Source: Armatimonadetes bacterium UBA1398 (GTDB taxonomy: Bacteria; Armatimonadota; Zipacnadia; UBA1398). Taken from it: a stretch of DNA of 64,000 bases. The position numbers were made by a program, and so were the translations under genes. A model generated the notes under the pieces. That model saw nothing but the letters and a program-made list of their open reading frames with translations. It searched no databases and was not told the DNA's origin. Shown here piece after piece: positions 50,019 through 60,330 of the stretch. Positions within the stretch are counted from its first letter, which is position 1. Every line of letters begins with the position of its first letter. The DNA lies in the NCBI GenBank assembly GCA_002305165.1, contig DBQI01000028.1, positions 6,801 to 70,800 on the forward strand. Reading direction: 5' to 3'.

Positions 50019-50675
50019 TCAGTCGAGGCTACGAACCTCGATGTACTCGAGCATCGGCGCCTCGCTAGCCTTGAGCTGGTACTTGCCACCGAAGCTCCAT
50101 TGGACATCCCAGTGGTACTCGGTCGCTCCAACACGCACGCAGCCTGCGTCGGGCAGCGACCGAAGGGTGATCGAGCTGACCTTGTCACCGTCGACGAGAA
50201 GTGTGAGCTTGTTGCCCTGCGCTTCCAGGGTGATGACGTTGCGTTTGCCCCACTCCCTCTCGTAGCTGGCGAGCACGGACCAGTTGCCGTCCTCGTCCTG
50301 CTCGAACCAGTAGCCGCCTCCAGCCAGCTGCCCCGTGAGGCACGCAACGGACCGCTCGTCCTCCGTGCGCAACACAAGCAGAATCGAACCCTTTCGCCAG
50401 ACCACCGCCGTCTTCAGCGACAGATCGGGCGGGCACGCGAGGTCCTCCAGCGTCGCCCAGCATAGCGAGTTCTGGGGGACATCATTGGCTGTGACGAAGC
50501 ACCCATCTTCGATCTTCCAATCGTCGCCCGGGAAGTACCAGTCATCCTTGATCTCGTCCTCGAAGTCGTCACGGAAGAGCAGCTCGCCCTGGGGAGCGGC
50601 CCCGGCGGGTGGCGCCCCGAGTTGGGTCACAAGCACGAGGGCGAGTAGTGCAGCGAGAGCGAAGCGAACCAGCAT
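50019..50675 (-). CDS. Secreted hypothetical protein (possible ConA/DUF1080-like beta-sandwich)
   Basis: Signal peptide; LFRDDFE..WKIEDG..GNKLTLLVDG; AGGAGG RBS. Confidence 0.6.
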   Translation of the reverse strand: MLVRFALAALLALVLVTQLGAPPAGAAPQGELLFRDDFEDEIKDDWYFPGDDWKIEDGCFVTANDVPQNSLCWATLEDLACPPDLSLKTAVVWRKGSILLVLRTEDERSVACLTGQLAGGGYWFEQDEDGNWSVLASYEREWGKRNVITLEAQGNKLTLLVDGDKVSSITLRSLPDAGCVRVGATEYHWDVQWSFGGKYQLKASEAPMLEYIEVRSLD

Positions 50676-50960
50676 AGCGTGTCCTCCTTGGAACGCCGTC
50701 GGAGAGGTCGCGGCCGAGCACCCTCCGAGCGGGAAAGGTTGTACTATGCATTATAGTGCGGCCAGCGTCGTCTTCTGGGGCAGTGAGTTTCAGAACTCAC
50801 TGGATTTTCGGCGGGAGGCCCGCACGCCCGGCCGGTTTTCCAGAGGCGAGGGGGAGGGAAGAGCATTGCGCTGGGGCCTGCGATTGGTGGCAGTGCCCCC
50901 CTCCCTGGCCGCTGGCCATCCCTCCCCCGCGGCTCGTCCGGCTTCGCTGCGCTCGACGTA

Positions 50961-51376
50961 GTAGTCATAGAGAGCGTCGGTTGGGACGCCAGGTCCGACC
51001 CCGACGGGCGCGCCGCTTCGTGGCCGTCTTCAACCCTGGATCGCGACGGAGAAGAGTGTGGTCGTTGCAGTCCTCGTACCCAGCCACGAGGGCCATTACC
51101 CGCTGAGTCAACAGTTCCAGGGTGGAGTGCCGGTGCTTCGCCAGCTGTCGACGATCATCGATCACCGCCGCCAGCGACCGGAACAGCCCCGCCGTCGAAA
51201 GCCGCACGAATCTCTACCTCGGGGAGAAAGTCATAGCGAACTGGAGGAGAATGACCATGATGCATGGGAGTCGGCGCCTTCCTGTCCAAGAGTCTCTCGC
51301 AAAGCCCTTGATACGAGGCGAACCACCAACTCCCATGCAACAACCTCTAAACAATCTCATGAATAACACGGGCTAG
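50961..51376 (-). mobile_element. IS1380-family transposase remnant, copy A
   Basis: AAFDGG and HSTLELLTQRVMALVAGYEDCNDH..RRDP motifs, frameshifted and truncated; end CCCGTGTTATTCATGAG. Confidence 0.75.
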
Positions 51377-51402
51377 AGGGCCGGGCTCAGCTCGTCTACG
51401 AC

Positions 51403-52074
51403 ATGCTCGGCTGGGTTAGCGGGTCGTTTGGCGGCTCTGTGGGAGACGGTGGTTACTCGTTCTACAGCGGGCGGTTGCCGCTAGGGGCACGCGGCGGCGT
51501 CGTATCTGCCGGCCCAGCGGGAGAGGAGGGGGGTGGCAGAATGCTCGACAACTTCCTCCGTGCTCTCTATGCCGACTCGGTTATCGACTACAACGGCCAC
51601 GGCTACCATATGAAAGACGACCCTGACGGTAACTTCCTCATCGTGCTGCCGAACGGTGATGAAGTATTCGCCTCGGATCTCTCCTCTTACTATTACGCCG
51701 ATGCAGACGGTATGGGGCAAGCCAAACTCATCTTCTTCGGGTGCTGCGACCTCTTCAGAAAGGGAGAGTTCGATGCCAAGTCGGTGGGTGATACCTGTGT
51801 CGATAAGGGAGCTCAAGCTGTGGTAGCGTACGATCACACCGTGGAACGAGCGGCAAACACTTGGCTACGTGAGAGGATCTACTACCTGCTCACTCAGGAC
51901 GGGAGGACGGTGTCGTACGCGGTAGCACGCGCCAAACAGGAGTGGACGGCGCAACACGGTTTGAGGAAGGCTCGGAAATGGGGAGTCACTGGGCTGCTTG
52001 CTAAGCCGGAAGGAACGTCATCGAGGCTCGCGCCAGCACCGGAATCTTGCCAACTGGAGGTCAACCCAATATGA
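51403..52074 (+). CDS. Hypothetical protein (possibly a 5'-truncated clan CD peptidase-like fragment)
   Basis: Lower GC than flanks; YNGHG and LIFFGCC motifs; begins next to the IS end. Confidence 0.45.
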   Translation: MLGWVSGSFGGSVGDGGYSFYSGRLPLGARGGVVSAGPAGEEGGGRMLDNFLRALYADSVIDYNGHGYHMKDDPDGNFLIVLPNGDEVFASDLSSYYYADADGMGQAKLIFFGCCDLFRKGEFDAKSVGDTCVDKGAQAVVAYDHTVERAANTWLRERIYYLLTQDGRTVSYAVARAKQEWTAQHGLRKARKWGVTGLLAKPEGTSSRLAPAPESCQLEVNPI

Positions 52075-52973
52075 GAAACCTGTGTGCTATAACTGCGTGT
52101 GCTCTCGGGGTTCTGATCACAGGGACGGTGGCAGAACTCTCGACGGAAGAAGCGCGCGCTATTGCCGAGCATGCCGCAGAGAAGGCACTAACGAATGTCG
52201 ATGTGGAGACCTACGTGATCGCGGATCACACGATGGTAGAGTTCTCTATGCCAGCTCCTGAAGACGAGAGCTACTGTGTGGATGCTACCCTAGGTGTCCT
52301 GTCTAGCGTATGGCGCAATCAGGGTCCGGCCGATCCTGAAGCGGAGTACGCTCTCACTATCGCCGAGGCACAGCAGGTGATCGAGGATTACGCTCACTAC
52401 ATCCTCGGCGCCGATGCGGACGACTTACTGTGGACCGTGGAGCGGAGCGACGGTTGGCTCGTGGAGTTCTCCGCCCATAGCACGCTAGACAGTGGTTTTG
52501 GAGTCACTACCTGCTCTGGCAAGGTCTCACGCATCGATGGTTGGCTGTCTTACTACGCGCAGTACTACGGTGATCGTACGCCACCAAGCACCCAGATAAC
52601 GCAAGCGCAGGCAGAAGCAATCGCACTAGCGGATTGCGGAGTAACTGGGGCACAGATCTCGGGTGAAACAGTCCTCGACGTTTGGCAGGGCCATGCATCA
52701 TGGCTCGTTGATGTGGAGTTACCGGATGACGCGGCCTCTGGTGAGCCTACGACGGCAAGCATCCTCGCATATGAGATTGATGCGGTGAGTGGCGAAGTCC
52801 TCACATCTGATGTCTACGAAGGCGCTCAGAGGCCCAGTTCTGGATCGCGTGGTGAGGCTGCATCTTCTAATGAAGGCGCGAAGCCTCTGCCATGGGGTGC
52901 CGTTGGAATTGCGGTGGCAGCCTTCATCGTGCTAGTCATAGGGGTGTCCATATGGCGGAGCCGTAGGCGGTAA
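52071..52973 (+). CDS. Secreted PepSY-like protein with C-terminal membrane anchor
   Basis: Signal peptide; LSTEEARAIA, ITQAQAEAIA and YEIDAVSGEV motifs; C-terminal TM followed by RSRRR. Confidence 0.65.
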   Translation: MRNLCAITACALGVLITGTVAELSTEEARAIAEHAAEKALTNVDVETYVIADHTMVEFSMPAPEDESYCVDATLGVLSSVWRNQGPADPEAEYALTIAEAQQVIEDYAHYILGADADDLLWTVERSDGWLVEFSAHSTLDSGFGVTTCSGKVSRIDGWLSYYAQYYGDRTPPSTQITQAQAEAIALADCGVTGAQISGETVLDVWQGHASWLVDVELPDDAASGEPTTASILAYEIDAVSGEVLTSDVYEGAQRPSSGSRGEAASSNEGAKPLPWGAVGIAVAAFIVLVIGVSIWRSRRR

Positions 52974-53001
52974 GCGTGGTAGGCGATCCCTAGCCAAGAC
53001 C

Positions 53002-53031
53002 AAGCCCCCGTCGGATAACCGACGGGGGCTT
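53002..53031 (+). terminator. Rho-independent terminator-like hairpin
   Basis: AAGCCCCCGTCGG-ATAA-CCGACGGGGGCTT. Confidence 0.65.
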
Positions 53032-53038
53032 TACTGTG

Positions 53039-53455
53039 GTAGTCATAGAGAGCGTCGGTTGGGACGCCAGGTCCGCCCCCGACAGGGCCCGCCGCTTCGT
53101 GGCCGTCTTCAACCCTGGATCGCGACGGAGAAGAGTGTGGTCGTTGCGGTCCTTATGCCCAGCCACCAGGGCCATTACCCGCTGAGTCAACAGTTCCAGG
53201 GTGGAGTGCCGACACTTCGAGAGCTGTCGAGGATCATCGATCACCGCCGCCAGCGACCGGAGCAGCCCCACCATCGAAAGCGGCACGAATCTCTACCTCG
53301 GGGAGAAAGTCAAAGCGAACTTGAGGAGAATGACCATGATGCATGGGAGTCGGCGCCTTCCTGTCCAAGAGTCTCTCGTAAAGCCCTTGATACGAGGCGA
53401 ACTACTCACTCCCATGCAATAACCTCTGATCATTCTCATGAATAAGACGGGCTAG
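53039..53455 (-). mobile_element. IS1380-family transposase remnant, copy B (direct repeat of 50961-51376)
   Basis: Close sequence match to copy A over about 416 bp; encodes ..GADLASQPTLS; same endpoints. Confidence 0.75.
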
Positions 53456-54495
53456 GACGCTTCCGGACCTGCCGTGCCGCCGGCGCGCCCCGTCTGTTCC
53501 CCCAGTTGCGGCTCCCAGAGCCGGCTCCAGGCTGCTGACCGATACTCCTCGCGCACGTAGCCCGGACGTGCGCCCGTCGCGGCGGCGTACGCGCGCGCAG
53601 ACAGTTCCGCGCCAGCGCCGATACCTATCAGCACAACGCCGGCGTACAGCAGGCACAGGCATAGCCCTACAGCGATGCCGGTCTCAGCTCCCGCAAAGCC
53701 TGCTGTGGCGGCGGTCAGCACAGCGGCGACGAGGGCGCCTACCCCCCACCATCCATATACCCGTATCGGTCGCCCTCGGTAACGTGACACAACGCTCAGA
53801 GTCACGAGATCGGGGATGACCCGGAAGAGGCGCCGCAGTCCGGTCCGACCGTACTTCGTGGCCCCTTGGGTCCGCGGACGATGGCGGACCTCCATCTCCG
53901 CGACGCGCGCCCCCACAGCCAGGCAGAGGGCTGGGATGAACCGATGCATCTCCCCCCATAGGTCCAGATCAGCCACGATCTCCCGCCGATACGCTCTCAG
54001 CGTGCAGCCGACGTCATGAATGTCCAGGCCGGTCAGGCGTCCTATGACCCAGGCCGCGAGACGGCTGGGGATGCTTCGGATCGGTCCCTCTTGCCGGTGT
54101 CGCCGCCAGCCGCAGACGACGTCAGCCGACTCGACCAGCCTCTCGACCAAGGCGGGGATGTCGGCTGGGTCATTCTGAAGATCGCCATCGAGGGTGACGA
54201 CGACATGGCCTTGAACGACGCTGAGGCCCGTTGCCAGCGCCGCCGTCTGCCCGAAGCTGTCACGGTGCCTGAGGACGCGCAGGGGAAGGTCCGGCAGAGA
54301 GTCCTGGGATGACTGCAGCTGGGCGTACGTGCTATCGGAGGAACCGTCATCAACTATGATGAGCTCATACTTCTCGAAATGCTCATTCATAGTGGAATGA
54401 AGCTCGTCGAGAAGGGGCGCCACGTTGTCCTGCTCATCTAGCATGGGAATGACGACGGAGATACCGTCCGTTACAGACATGCTGGAAGGCATCAC
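53452..54495 (-). CDS. Glycosyltransferase family 2 (ArnC/DPM-like)
   Basis: ISVVIP, IVDDGSSD, TLDGDLQNDP, HDVGCTLRAY and EMHRFIP motifs; C-terminal TMs. Confidence 0.92.
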   Translation of the reverse strand: MMPSSMSVTDGISVVIPMLDEQDNVAPLLDELHSTMNEHFEKYELIIVDDGSSDSTYAQLQSSQDSLPDLPLRVLRHRDSFGQTAALATGLSVVQGHVVVTLDGDLQNDPADIPALVERLVESADVVCGWRRHRQEGPIRSIPSRLAAWVIGRLTGLDIHDVGCTLRAYRREIVADLDLWGEMHRFIPALCLAVGARVAEMEVRHRPRTQGATKYGRTGLRRLFRVIPDLVTLSVVSRYRGRPIRVYGWWGVGALVAAVLTAATAGFAGAETGIAVGLCLCLLYAGVVLIGIGAGAELSARAYAAATGARPGYVREEYRSAAWSRLWEPQLGEQTGRAGGTAGPEAS

Positions 54496-54684
54496 GACCG
54501 CTCGCTTCCCCTAACTGGTAGTGGCCCCCGTGGAGCGGCTGGATTGTACCTGACTTGCCCGCCCTTCGCCAGTTCGGCGCGCTGCAGGTCCCGCGGACCA
54601 GAGCGTATGAAGCCGAGGTCTTTACGGCGATGCCACGAAGCGTCACGATGCTAGGGCAGCACATGGAGAGGACGCACGCCAGCG

Positions 54685-55827
54685 ATGAAGATCCACGAGT
54701 ACCAAGCGAAGCGATTGTTCGCGGAGATAGGGATCCCGGTCCCTGAGGGACGGCTCGCGCATACGCCAGACGAGGCGGCGCAGGCGGCGCAGGAGCTGGG
54801 GCCCCCGGTCGCGGTGAAGGCCCAGGTCCTCGTGGGAGGGAGGGGCAAGGCTGGCGGCATCAAGCTGGCAGCCTCGGTCTCCGAGGCCGAGGACAGGGCG
54901 GCGGAGATCCTGGGCATGGAGATCAAGGGGCTTCCGGTTCGGTCGGTCCTCGTCGAGCGAACCGCGGACATCCGCTCCGAGCTCTACCTGTCCATCGCGC
55001 TGGACCGCGCCTCGCGTGCGCCTCTACTGCTGGGGAGCGCCATGGGTGGGGTTGATATCGAGGAGGTCGCGAGGACCCGTCCCGAGGCGATCGAGCGAGT
55101 CCCCATCGACCCCGAGTTCGGTCTGCGCCCTTACACCGCATGGGCTGCTCTCCGCCGTATGCTCGGCGACCCGGACCTGACGCGCCAAGCGGTCCGGATA
55201 GCGGGCAAGCTCTATTCCCTGTTCATGGATCTGGACAGCTCCCTGGTCGAGATCAACCCCCTGATCGTCACGGGCGAGGGGCAGGTCATGGCCCTGGATG
55301 CCAAGGTCAACCTGGATGACAACGCCCTCCACCGCCATCCGCAACTGGACGCGCTGCGCGATCTAGATGCCGAGGACCCGCGAGAGCGGGACGCCAAGGC
55401 GAACGACCTCTCCTTCGTTGCCCTGGAGGGCGAGATCGGCTGCATCGTGAACGGAGCGGGCCTCGCTATGGCGACGATGGACATGGTGAAGCACGCGGGG
55501 GGCCGGCCAGCCAACTTCCTCGACGTAGGCGGCTCATCGAGGCCAGAGAAGGTGCTACACGCCATGCGGATCATCCTCGCCGATCCCCAGGTGCGGGTGA
55601 TCCTCTTGAACATCTTCGGTGGAATCACCCGGTGCGATGACATCGCGCAGGGCCTCATCGCGGCCCGTACAGAGCTGGGCGTCCGCGTCCCCATTGTTGC
55701 CCGTCTCACGGGGACGAACGAGCAGGAGGGGCGAGCGCTGCTGCGTTCCGTTGGGCTGGAGTCGGCTGAGACTATGGAAGAGGCCGTCCGCACCGCCGTG
55801 CGGGTAGCAGAGGGGGGCGTGGCGTAG
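54685..55827 (+). CDS. sucC: Succinate--CoA ligase (ADP-forming) beta subunit
   Basis: MKIHEYQAK, GGRGKAGG, VEINPL, NGAGLAMATMD and NIFGGITRCD motifs. Confidence 0.97.
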   Translation: MKIHEYQAKRLFAEIGIPVPEGRLAHTPDEAAQAAQELGPPVAVKAQVLVGGRGKAGGIKLAASVSEAEDRAAEILGMEIKGLPVRSVLVERTADIRSELYLSIALDRASRAPLLLGSAMGGVDIEEVARTRPEAIERVPIDPEFGLRPYTAWAALRRMLGDPDLTRQAVRIAGKLYSLFMDLDSSLVEINPLIVTGEGQVMALDAKVNLDDNALHRHPQLDALRDLDAEDPRERDAKANDLSFVALEGEIGCIVNGAGLAMATMDMVKHAGGRPANFLDVGGSSRPEKVLHAMRIILADPQVRVILLNIFGGITRCDDIAQGLIAARTELGVRVPIVARLTGTNEQEGRALLRSVGLESAETMEEAVRTAVRVAEGGVA

Positions 55828-56718
55828 ATGGCGATCCTGGTCAACAAGGACACTAAGGTGTGCGTACAGGGTATCACTGGCCGCGATGGGTCCTTCCACT
55901 CCCATCGAATGGCGGAGTACGGGACCCACATCGTTGGAGGGACGCGGCCCGGTAAGGGTGGCGCCGAGCACGAGGGCTTCCCCGTGTTCGACACGGTGGC
56001 CGAAGCGAAGGCCGCTGGGGCGAACAGCTCCGTCATCTACGTCCCCGTCGCCGGCGCCGTGGATGCCATGTACGAGTCCATCGAGGCCAGCATGGATCTC
56101 ATCGTGTGCGTGACTGAGGGCATCCCCGCGAATGACATGGTGCGGGTGGTGGCCTCACTGCGGGGCCGCGCCTCGCGCCTGGTGGGGCCGAACTGCCCCG
56201 GCGTGATCACGCCCGGCGTCGCCAGCGTCGGGATCATCCCTGGCCGGATCGCCATCCCCGGCCGTGTAGGCATCGTCTCCCGCTCGGGCACCCTCACCTA
56301 CGAGGTCATACATGCCCTCACAAGGCTGGGGATCGGGCAGTCCACATGCGTGGGCATCGGCGGGGACCAAGTGCCCGGCATGAGTTTCCTCGATGTTCTC
56401 GAGCTGTTCCGGGATGACCCGGACACGGACCTGGTGGTGCTCATCGGTGAGATCGGCGGATCCGATGAGCAGATCGCCGCCCGGTACATCGCCCAGGAGT
56501 TGGGCAAGCCTGCTGTCGCCTTCGTGGCCGGACAGACGGCGCCACCGGGCAAGCGCATGGGGCACGCGGGCGCCATCATCTCCGGCGGCGAGGGAACGGC
56601 GGCCGAGAAGATCGCCGCTTTCCAAGCCGCTGGTGTGCCCGTGGGAGAGAGCCCGGGGCAGGTGGCCGAACTCGTGCGGGCCCGGCTGAGGTTGCCCGAG
56701 GGCTCGGGGACCGCGTAG
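55828..56718 (+). CDS. sucD: Succinate--CoA ligase alpha subunit
   Basis: [21 protein letters not shown] and RMGHAGAII motifs. Confidence 0.97.
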   Translation: MAILVNKDTKVCVQGITGRDGSFHSHRMAEYGTHIVGGTRPGKGGAEHEGFPVFDTVAEAKAAGANSSVIYVPVAGAVDAMYESIEASMDLIVCVTEGIPANDMVRVVASLRGRASRLVGPNCPGVITPGVASVGIIPGRIAIPGRVGIVSRSGTLTYEVIHALTRLGIGQSTCVGIGGDQVPGMSFLDVLELFRDDPDTDLVVLIGEIGGSDEQIAARYIAQELGKPAVAFVAGQTAPPGKRMGHAGAIISGGEGTAAEKIAAFQAAGVPVGESPGQVAELVRARLRLPEGSGTA

Positions 56719-56727
56719 AATCTGCGC

Positions 56728-57984
56728 ATGCGCGTCATCGAGCTGTACAACCCACACGTCCACTCGGTCTGCTACTCGGTTCACGTGGAGGCAGGCTCTC
56801 TGACGGACGCCTTGAGCCGTCCGGGCGTGGCACTGTTGACCCAGCGCATGGTGCTGGAGGCCGAGACGCGTGATTTCCACCGTCGATCGCCCGCGGGTCG
56901 CATCTGCAACGGGGCCGTAGCCCCGGCGGAGGCCTTCGTGTACGTCCATGGCCATCGCTCGAATGGCACTGAGATCGCCGACATCGTTCCCAGCTTCCTC
57001 AATGACCCGAACTTCGATGTGGATGTGCTGGAGCGGGAGCGGGCGATCATCTGGGACAACCTCCCCGATACCGCCGAGGGGTCGCTGGATGTCGGCGAGC
57101 TCATCAACCGCCTGCTGATCCAGCCGGACATGAACTGGAGCACCTTCGGCGGGCGGGACTCCATCAGCGAGATCGGCGTCGAGGACATCGAGGACCGATT
57201 CGAGGAGTGCTGGCTCGATGGCAATGCGGTGCTCTCCGTGGCCGGCGCCTACAAGAGATCCGACCTCGAGCGCTGCGTCGAGGCCCTGTCTCGGTCCCTC
57301 AGACCTCGCAGTCCAGCCACCATGGGGCCTGCCTGCGACATCCTGTCATCCGGGCGTCGCATGGCGGTGGCCCCCGTCAACGACGATCGGTTCTCGCTGC
57401 ACCTGCTCTTCCCATGCTGCGGAGTCGACGATCCCGAGGCGCCCCTGGTGCAGATCCTGGACGTCATCGTGGGCGATGGACCCGATAGCCGGGTCCGGCG
57501 GCGGCTCTCATGGGAGTCGGGGCTCGCTGAGTCTGCGGGGTCACAGCCCTGGGTGCTGGGCGACCGGATTATCCTGGAGGTGTCGGTGGAAGGGTCCATC
57601 GAGCGTCTGCAGGACATCAGCAAGGTCTTCGTCCGGACCGTGGAGTCGCTTCTCATGGACCCGCCGGAGATCGACGAGGTTCACGAGGCGCGCCAGACCC
57701 TCCGCTGCCTCCGGGATTTCCAGATGGACGAGCCCCAGTCGGCGGCGCCAGCGCGGGGGGCCCAGTTCTTCGCAAGCAGGCTCGGGACGGCCGAGGAGAT
57801 GGATGAACGCAGCTCCCGGCCGTCCCGAGTAACGCCAGACGACATCTACACGGTAGCTCAGCGGGTGCTGAGCTGGGATAACCTTTCGGTGCTCTACGTG
57901 GGCCCGCAGACGTCCGCAGTCGACGCGATCCTCACGAACACCTGGACAAGCCTCGATATGGAGGTCTGGGACACAGGCGCTTAG
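56728..57984 (+). CDS. M16 peptidase-like protein lacking HXXEH
   Basis: VEAGS..PGVALLTQRM, LERERAII, NAVLSVAG, SRVRRRL..GLA and VTPDDI..VAQ motifs. Confidence 0.75.
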   Translation: MRVIELYNPHVHSVCYSVHVEAGSLTDALSRPGVALLTQRMVLEAETRDFHRRSPAGRICNGAVAPAEAFVYVHGHRSNGTEIADIVPSFLNDPNFDVDVLERERAIIWDNLPDTAEGSLDVGELINRLLIQPDMNWSTFGGRDSISEIGVEDIEDRFEECWLDGNAVLSVAGAYKRSDLERCVEALSRSLRPRSPATMGPACDILSSGRRMAVAPVNDDRFSLHLLFPCCGVDDPEAPLVQILDVIVGDGPDSRVRRRLSWESGLAESAGSQPWVLGDRIILEVSVEGSIERLQDISKVFVRTVESLLMDPPEIDEVHEARQTLRCLRDFQMDEPQSAAPARGAQFFASRLGTAEEMDERSSRPSRVTPDDIYTVAQRVLSWDNLSVLYVGPQTSAVDAILTNTWTSLDMEVWDTGA

Positions 57985-58355
57985 CGGGAGCTCGGTCGAG
58001 AGCCGCGCATCCCCGTGGCCCGCTGGGCACATTGCCTCAGAAGCGGCCGCAGCGCCGGCGAGAACCCCTCGTAATCGCGGGCATTGTGGCGCACCCGAGC
58101 GGCCAGCGCATGCATCGAGGGAGCGCTGGACAGCCGGTAGAACGTGCCGCCACACTCGCCCTCACTGGCCGTTGCGAAGCCGCATTCCACGAGTTCATCG
58201 AGGCATGCCTGCGCACTTGACGAGTCGATGCGCAGCCGGCGAGCGATCCCCAGCAGGGTGGTCGCCTGGCTGGGGTCGTCCATCAGATAGAGGAGCGCCC
58301 GCAGGCCGAGGGCCATATTCCCGGAGTGCCAGTTCCTGAATAGCTTGGTCGACAT
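57981..58355 (-). CDS. Small winged-helix-like hypothetical protein
   Basis: TLLGIARRL..LDELVECGF..FYRL; AGGAG RBS. Confidence 0.55.
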   Translation of the reverse strand: MSTKLFRNWHSGNMALGLRALLYLMDDPSQATTLLGIARRLRIDSSSAQACLDELVECGFATASEGECGGTFYRLSSAPSMHALAARVRHNARDYEGFSPALRPLLRQCAQRATGMRGSRPSSR

Positions 58356-58469
58356 GGCACTGTCTCCTCTCCTGGGCCAGCCCGTCCGAGCTCTGTGCCA
58401 ATCGGATCACCACCCCACCCCTGGGGTGTGTCAGAGTATAGACGCGCGAATCATCCGAATGGTTACAAG

Positions 58470-59270
58470 CTATTGATCGGAGAGGTGGCGCCCCTCAGGA
58501 GCCGGCGCCAGGCGCATGGCTTCCGCCGCCTCGTCGACTCGACGCCGCCAAGCCCAGAAGCTGCGGGCATAGGCCAGGTCTCGTTGTTGCACGTGCCTGA
58601 TCCCGATGAGCGACCATGTGACGACGATGGCGAGGATGGGAACGATGAGGATGGCGGTCCAGGTGCCTGTGAAGAGGACGGCGTCGTAGAGGGCATGAGC
58701 GGCGGTCGCCACTCCGAAGCCCGTCAGGAGGAACCGGGTGCGCTTGCGCGGGACCATCTTGGCGGCCCCCACCCAGAGGCCCATGAGGATGCCGAAGCCC
58801 GCGTGACCCGGCACCGCGGTGACCGCTCGCATCGTCCCCGTGAGCGCAATACCGAAGGGGCCATCGGTGAGCCCGCTCATGCCGACGTATAGGATGTTCT
58901 CCAGCGTCGCGAACCCGAGGGACGCCGCCACGCAGTAGAGCACGCCATCGAAGATCTGGTTGAACTCCCGGCGGCGGAAGGGAAGCGCGAGCACGGCCAG
59001 CAACTTGCCCGACTCCTCAGCCAGGCCCACGAAGGTCGCCGCCACAAGGGCCGAGCCGAGGGGCATGCCTTCGCCTGCGGCATCGGCCATGCCTGGCCCG
59101 AGTTTGTCCGCGAGGAGCTCGAGGCCCACGGCCCAGACGCTGGAGAGCGCGCCCAAACCCACCGTCCCCCATACGAGTCCGGGGGGTTCCGGGTCCGCGC
59201 GGTCGCGCACCAGGATCCACCAAAGGATCAGGGCGCTGGGCGCAACGGCCACGATGAGACAGACGCTCAC
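58470..59270 (-). CDS. PrsW family intramembrane protease
   Basis: DRADPEP, EESGK, FDGVLY, GFATLEN, PGHA and HALYD motifs. Confidence 0.9.
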   Translation of the reverse strand: MSVCLIVAVAPSALILWWILVRDRADPEPPGLVWGTVGLGALSSVWAVGLELLADKLGPGMADAAGEGMPLGSALVAATFVGLAEESGKLLAVLALPFRRREFNQIFDGVLYCVAASLGFATLENILYVGMSGLTDGPFGIALTGTMRAVTAVPGHAGFGILMGLWVGAAKMVPRKRTRFLLTGFGVATAAHALYDAVLFTGTWTAILIVPILAIVVTWSLIGIRHVQQRDLAYARSFWAWRRRVDEAAEAMRLAPAPEGRHLSDQ

Positions 59271-59308
59271 GAGAGGCTCCTAAGGGACGTCAGTGCCCGG
59301 ACAGCGGA

Positions 59309-59336
59309 CTGGGGAGCCCCCGTAGGAGCTCCCCAG
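59309..59336 (-). terminator. Hairpin after DUF1559 gene
   Basis: CTGGGGAGC..GCTCCCCAG stem. Confidence 0.55.
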
Positions 59337-59361
59337 CGACACGAACATGCAACCTTTGCGG

Positions 59362-60153
59362 TTACCTGTACTCGGGCGCCACGTTGGCGATCTTGGGCTT
59401 GAGCCAGCCCGGCTGCTCCCAGCCGCCGCCGACCCACCAGGCCCAGAGGAAGTCATCGGGCGGGATGAAGCTATTGTTCGGCCAGTCGTTGCCCCAGTTG
59501 AGGTTCCCGAAGCTGGCCTGCAGTTTCATGGCCTTCGCATGGCCATCGGTGAAGGCGAAGTTGCTGATGCCGTTGTGCGTGGTCATCAGGCCCTTATTGC
59601 CATCGAACCAGATGCGTGCGTCGATCCAGTCCTGCTTCCAGTCCGAGTTCCACTCACGGCTCTCCGGGATCATGATGATGCTCGCAGGCCGGGGACAGGC
59701 CGACATCTTGCCGTACCAGATCCAGTCGTGAGACCACACATAGCTGTAGGCATAGCTCCGGCGGATCCCCTGGGACCATCCCCGCGGGGACGCCCATAGG
59801 GGCTCGTTGGGCCGCTCGAAGGTTGGGCACAGGAAGATCTGGCCGTTCTTCACGTACGGGATGATCGCGGTGCGCCAGTCGATCTCGATGTACCAAGGAT
59901 TGAAACCTAGGTCAGCGGGCGGGGGATCGAACCCTGGATCGTAGTACCACCCCAAGGGCAGCGTCTCGTCGTTGTCCTGGCCATAAGCATGGATGGCCGT
60001 CGCAAGCTGTCGGATGTTGGAGAGACACGAGGTCTGCCGAGCCTTCTCCCGCGCCTTTGCGAAGACGGGGAAGAGGATTGCCGCGAGAATGGCGATGATC
60101 GCGATGACAACGAGCAACTCAATGAGCGTGAAGCCGCGCTGGCGTCTCGTCAT
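59362..60153 (-). CDS. DUF1559 prepilin-type protein (array unit 1)
   Basis: GFTLIELL pilin helix; FLCPT; [13 protein letters not shown]. Confidence 0.92.
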   Translation of the reverse strand: MTRRQRGFTLIELLVVIAIIAILAAILFPVFAKAREKARQTSCLSNIRQLATAIHAYGQDNDETLPLGWYYDPGFDPPPADLGFNPWYIEIDWRTAIIPYVKNGQIFLCPTFERPNEPLWASPRGWSQGIRRSYAYSYVWSHDWIWYGKMSACPRPASIIMIPESREWNSDWKQDWIDARIWFDGNKGLMTTHNGISNFAFTDGHAKAMKLQASFGNLNWGNDWPNNSFIPPDDFLWAWWVGGGWEQPGWLKPKIANVAPEYR

Positions 60154-60330
60154 GTCCTAATACACCTCCGTTGTGGGAACTGCCTGACCTGATCGGTCCG
60201 GACGGTCAGGCACTAAGTGCGGAATACATCGGATCCCGGTTCCGAGTGCGAGCACCACAGGCGTTGTTCGCCCCTACACTATCGAGAAGGCCCTCGGCCG
60301 GCCGGCGAAGCGGCTAGAACCGCCCTACCC

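Noticed and set aside
49088-50068. 326 aa ORF as an intact transposase
   Set aside because: Only the first ~150 aa are IS630-like and internally deleted; the rest is read-through into unrelated sequence.
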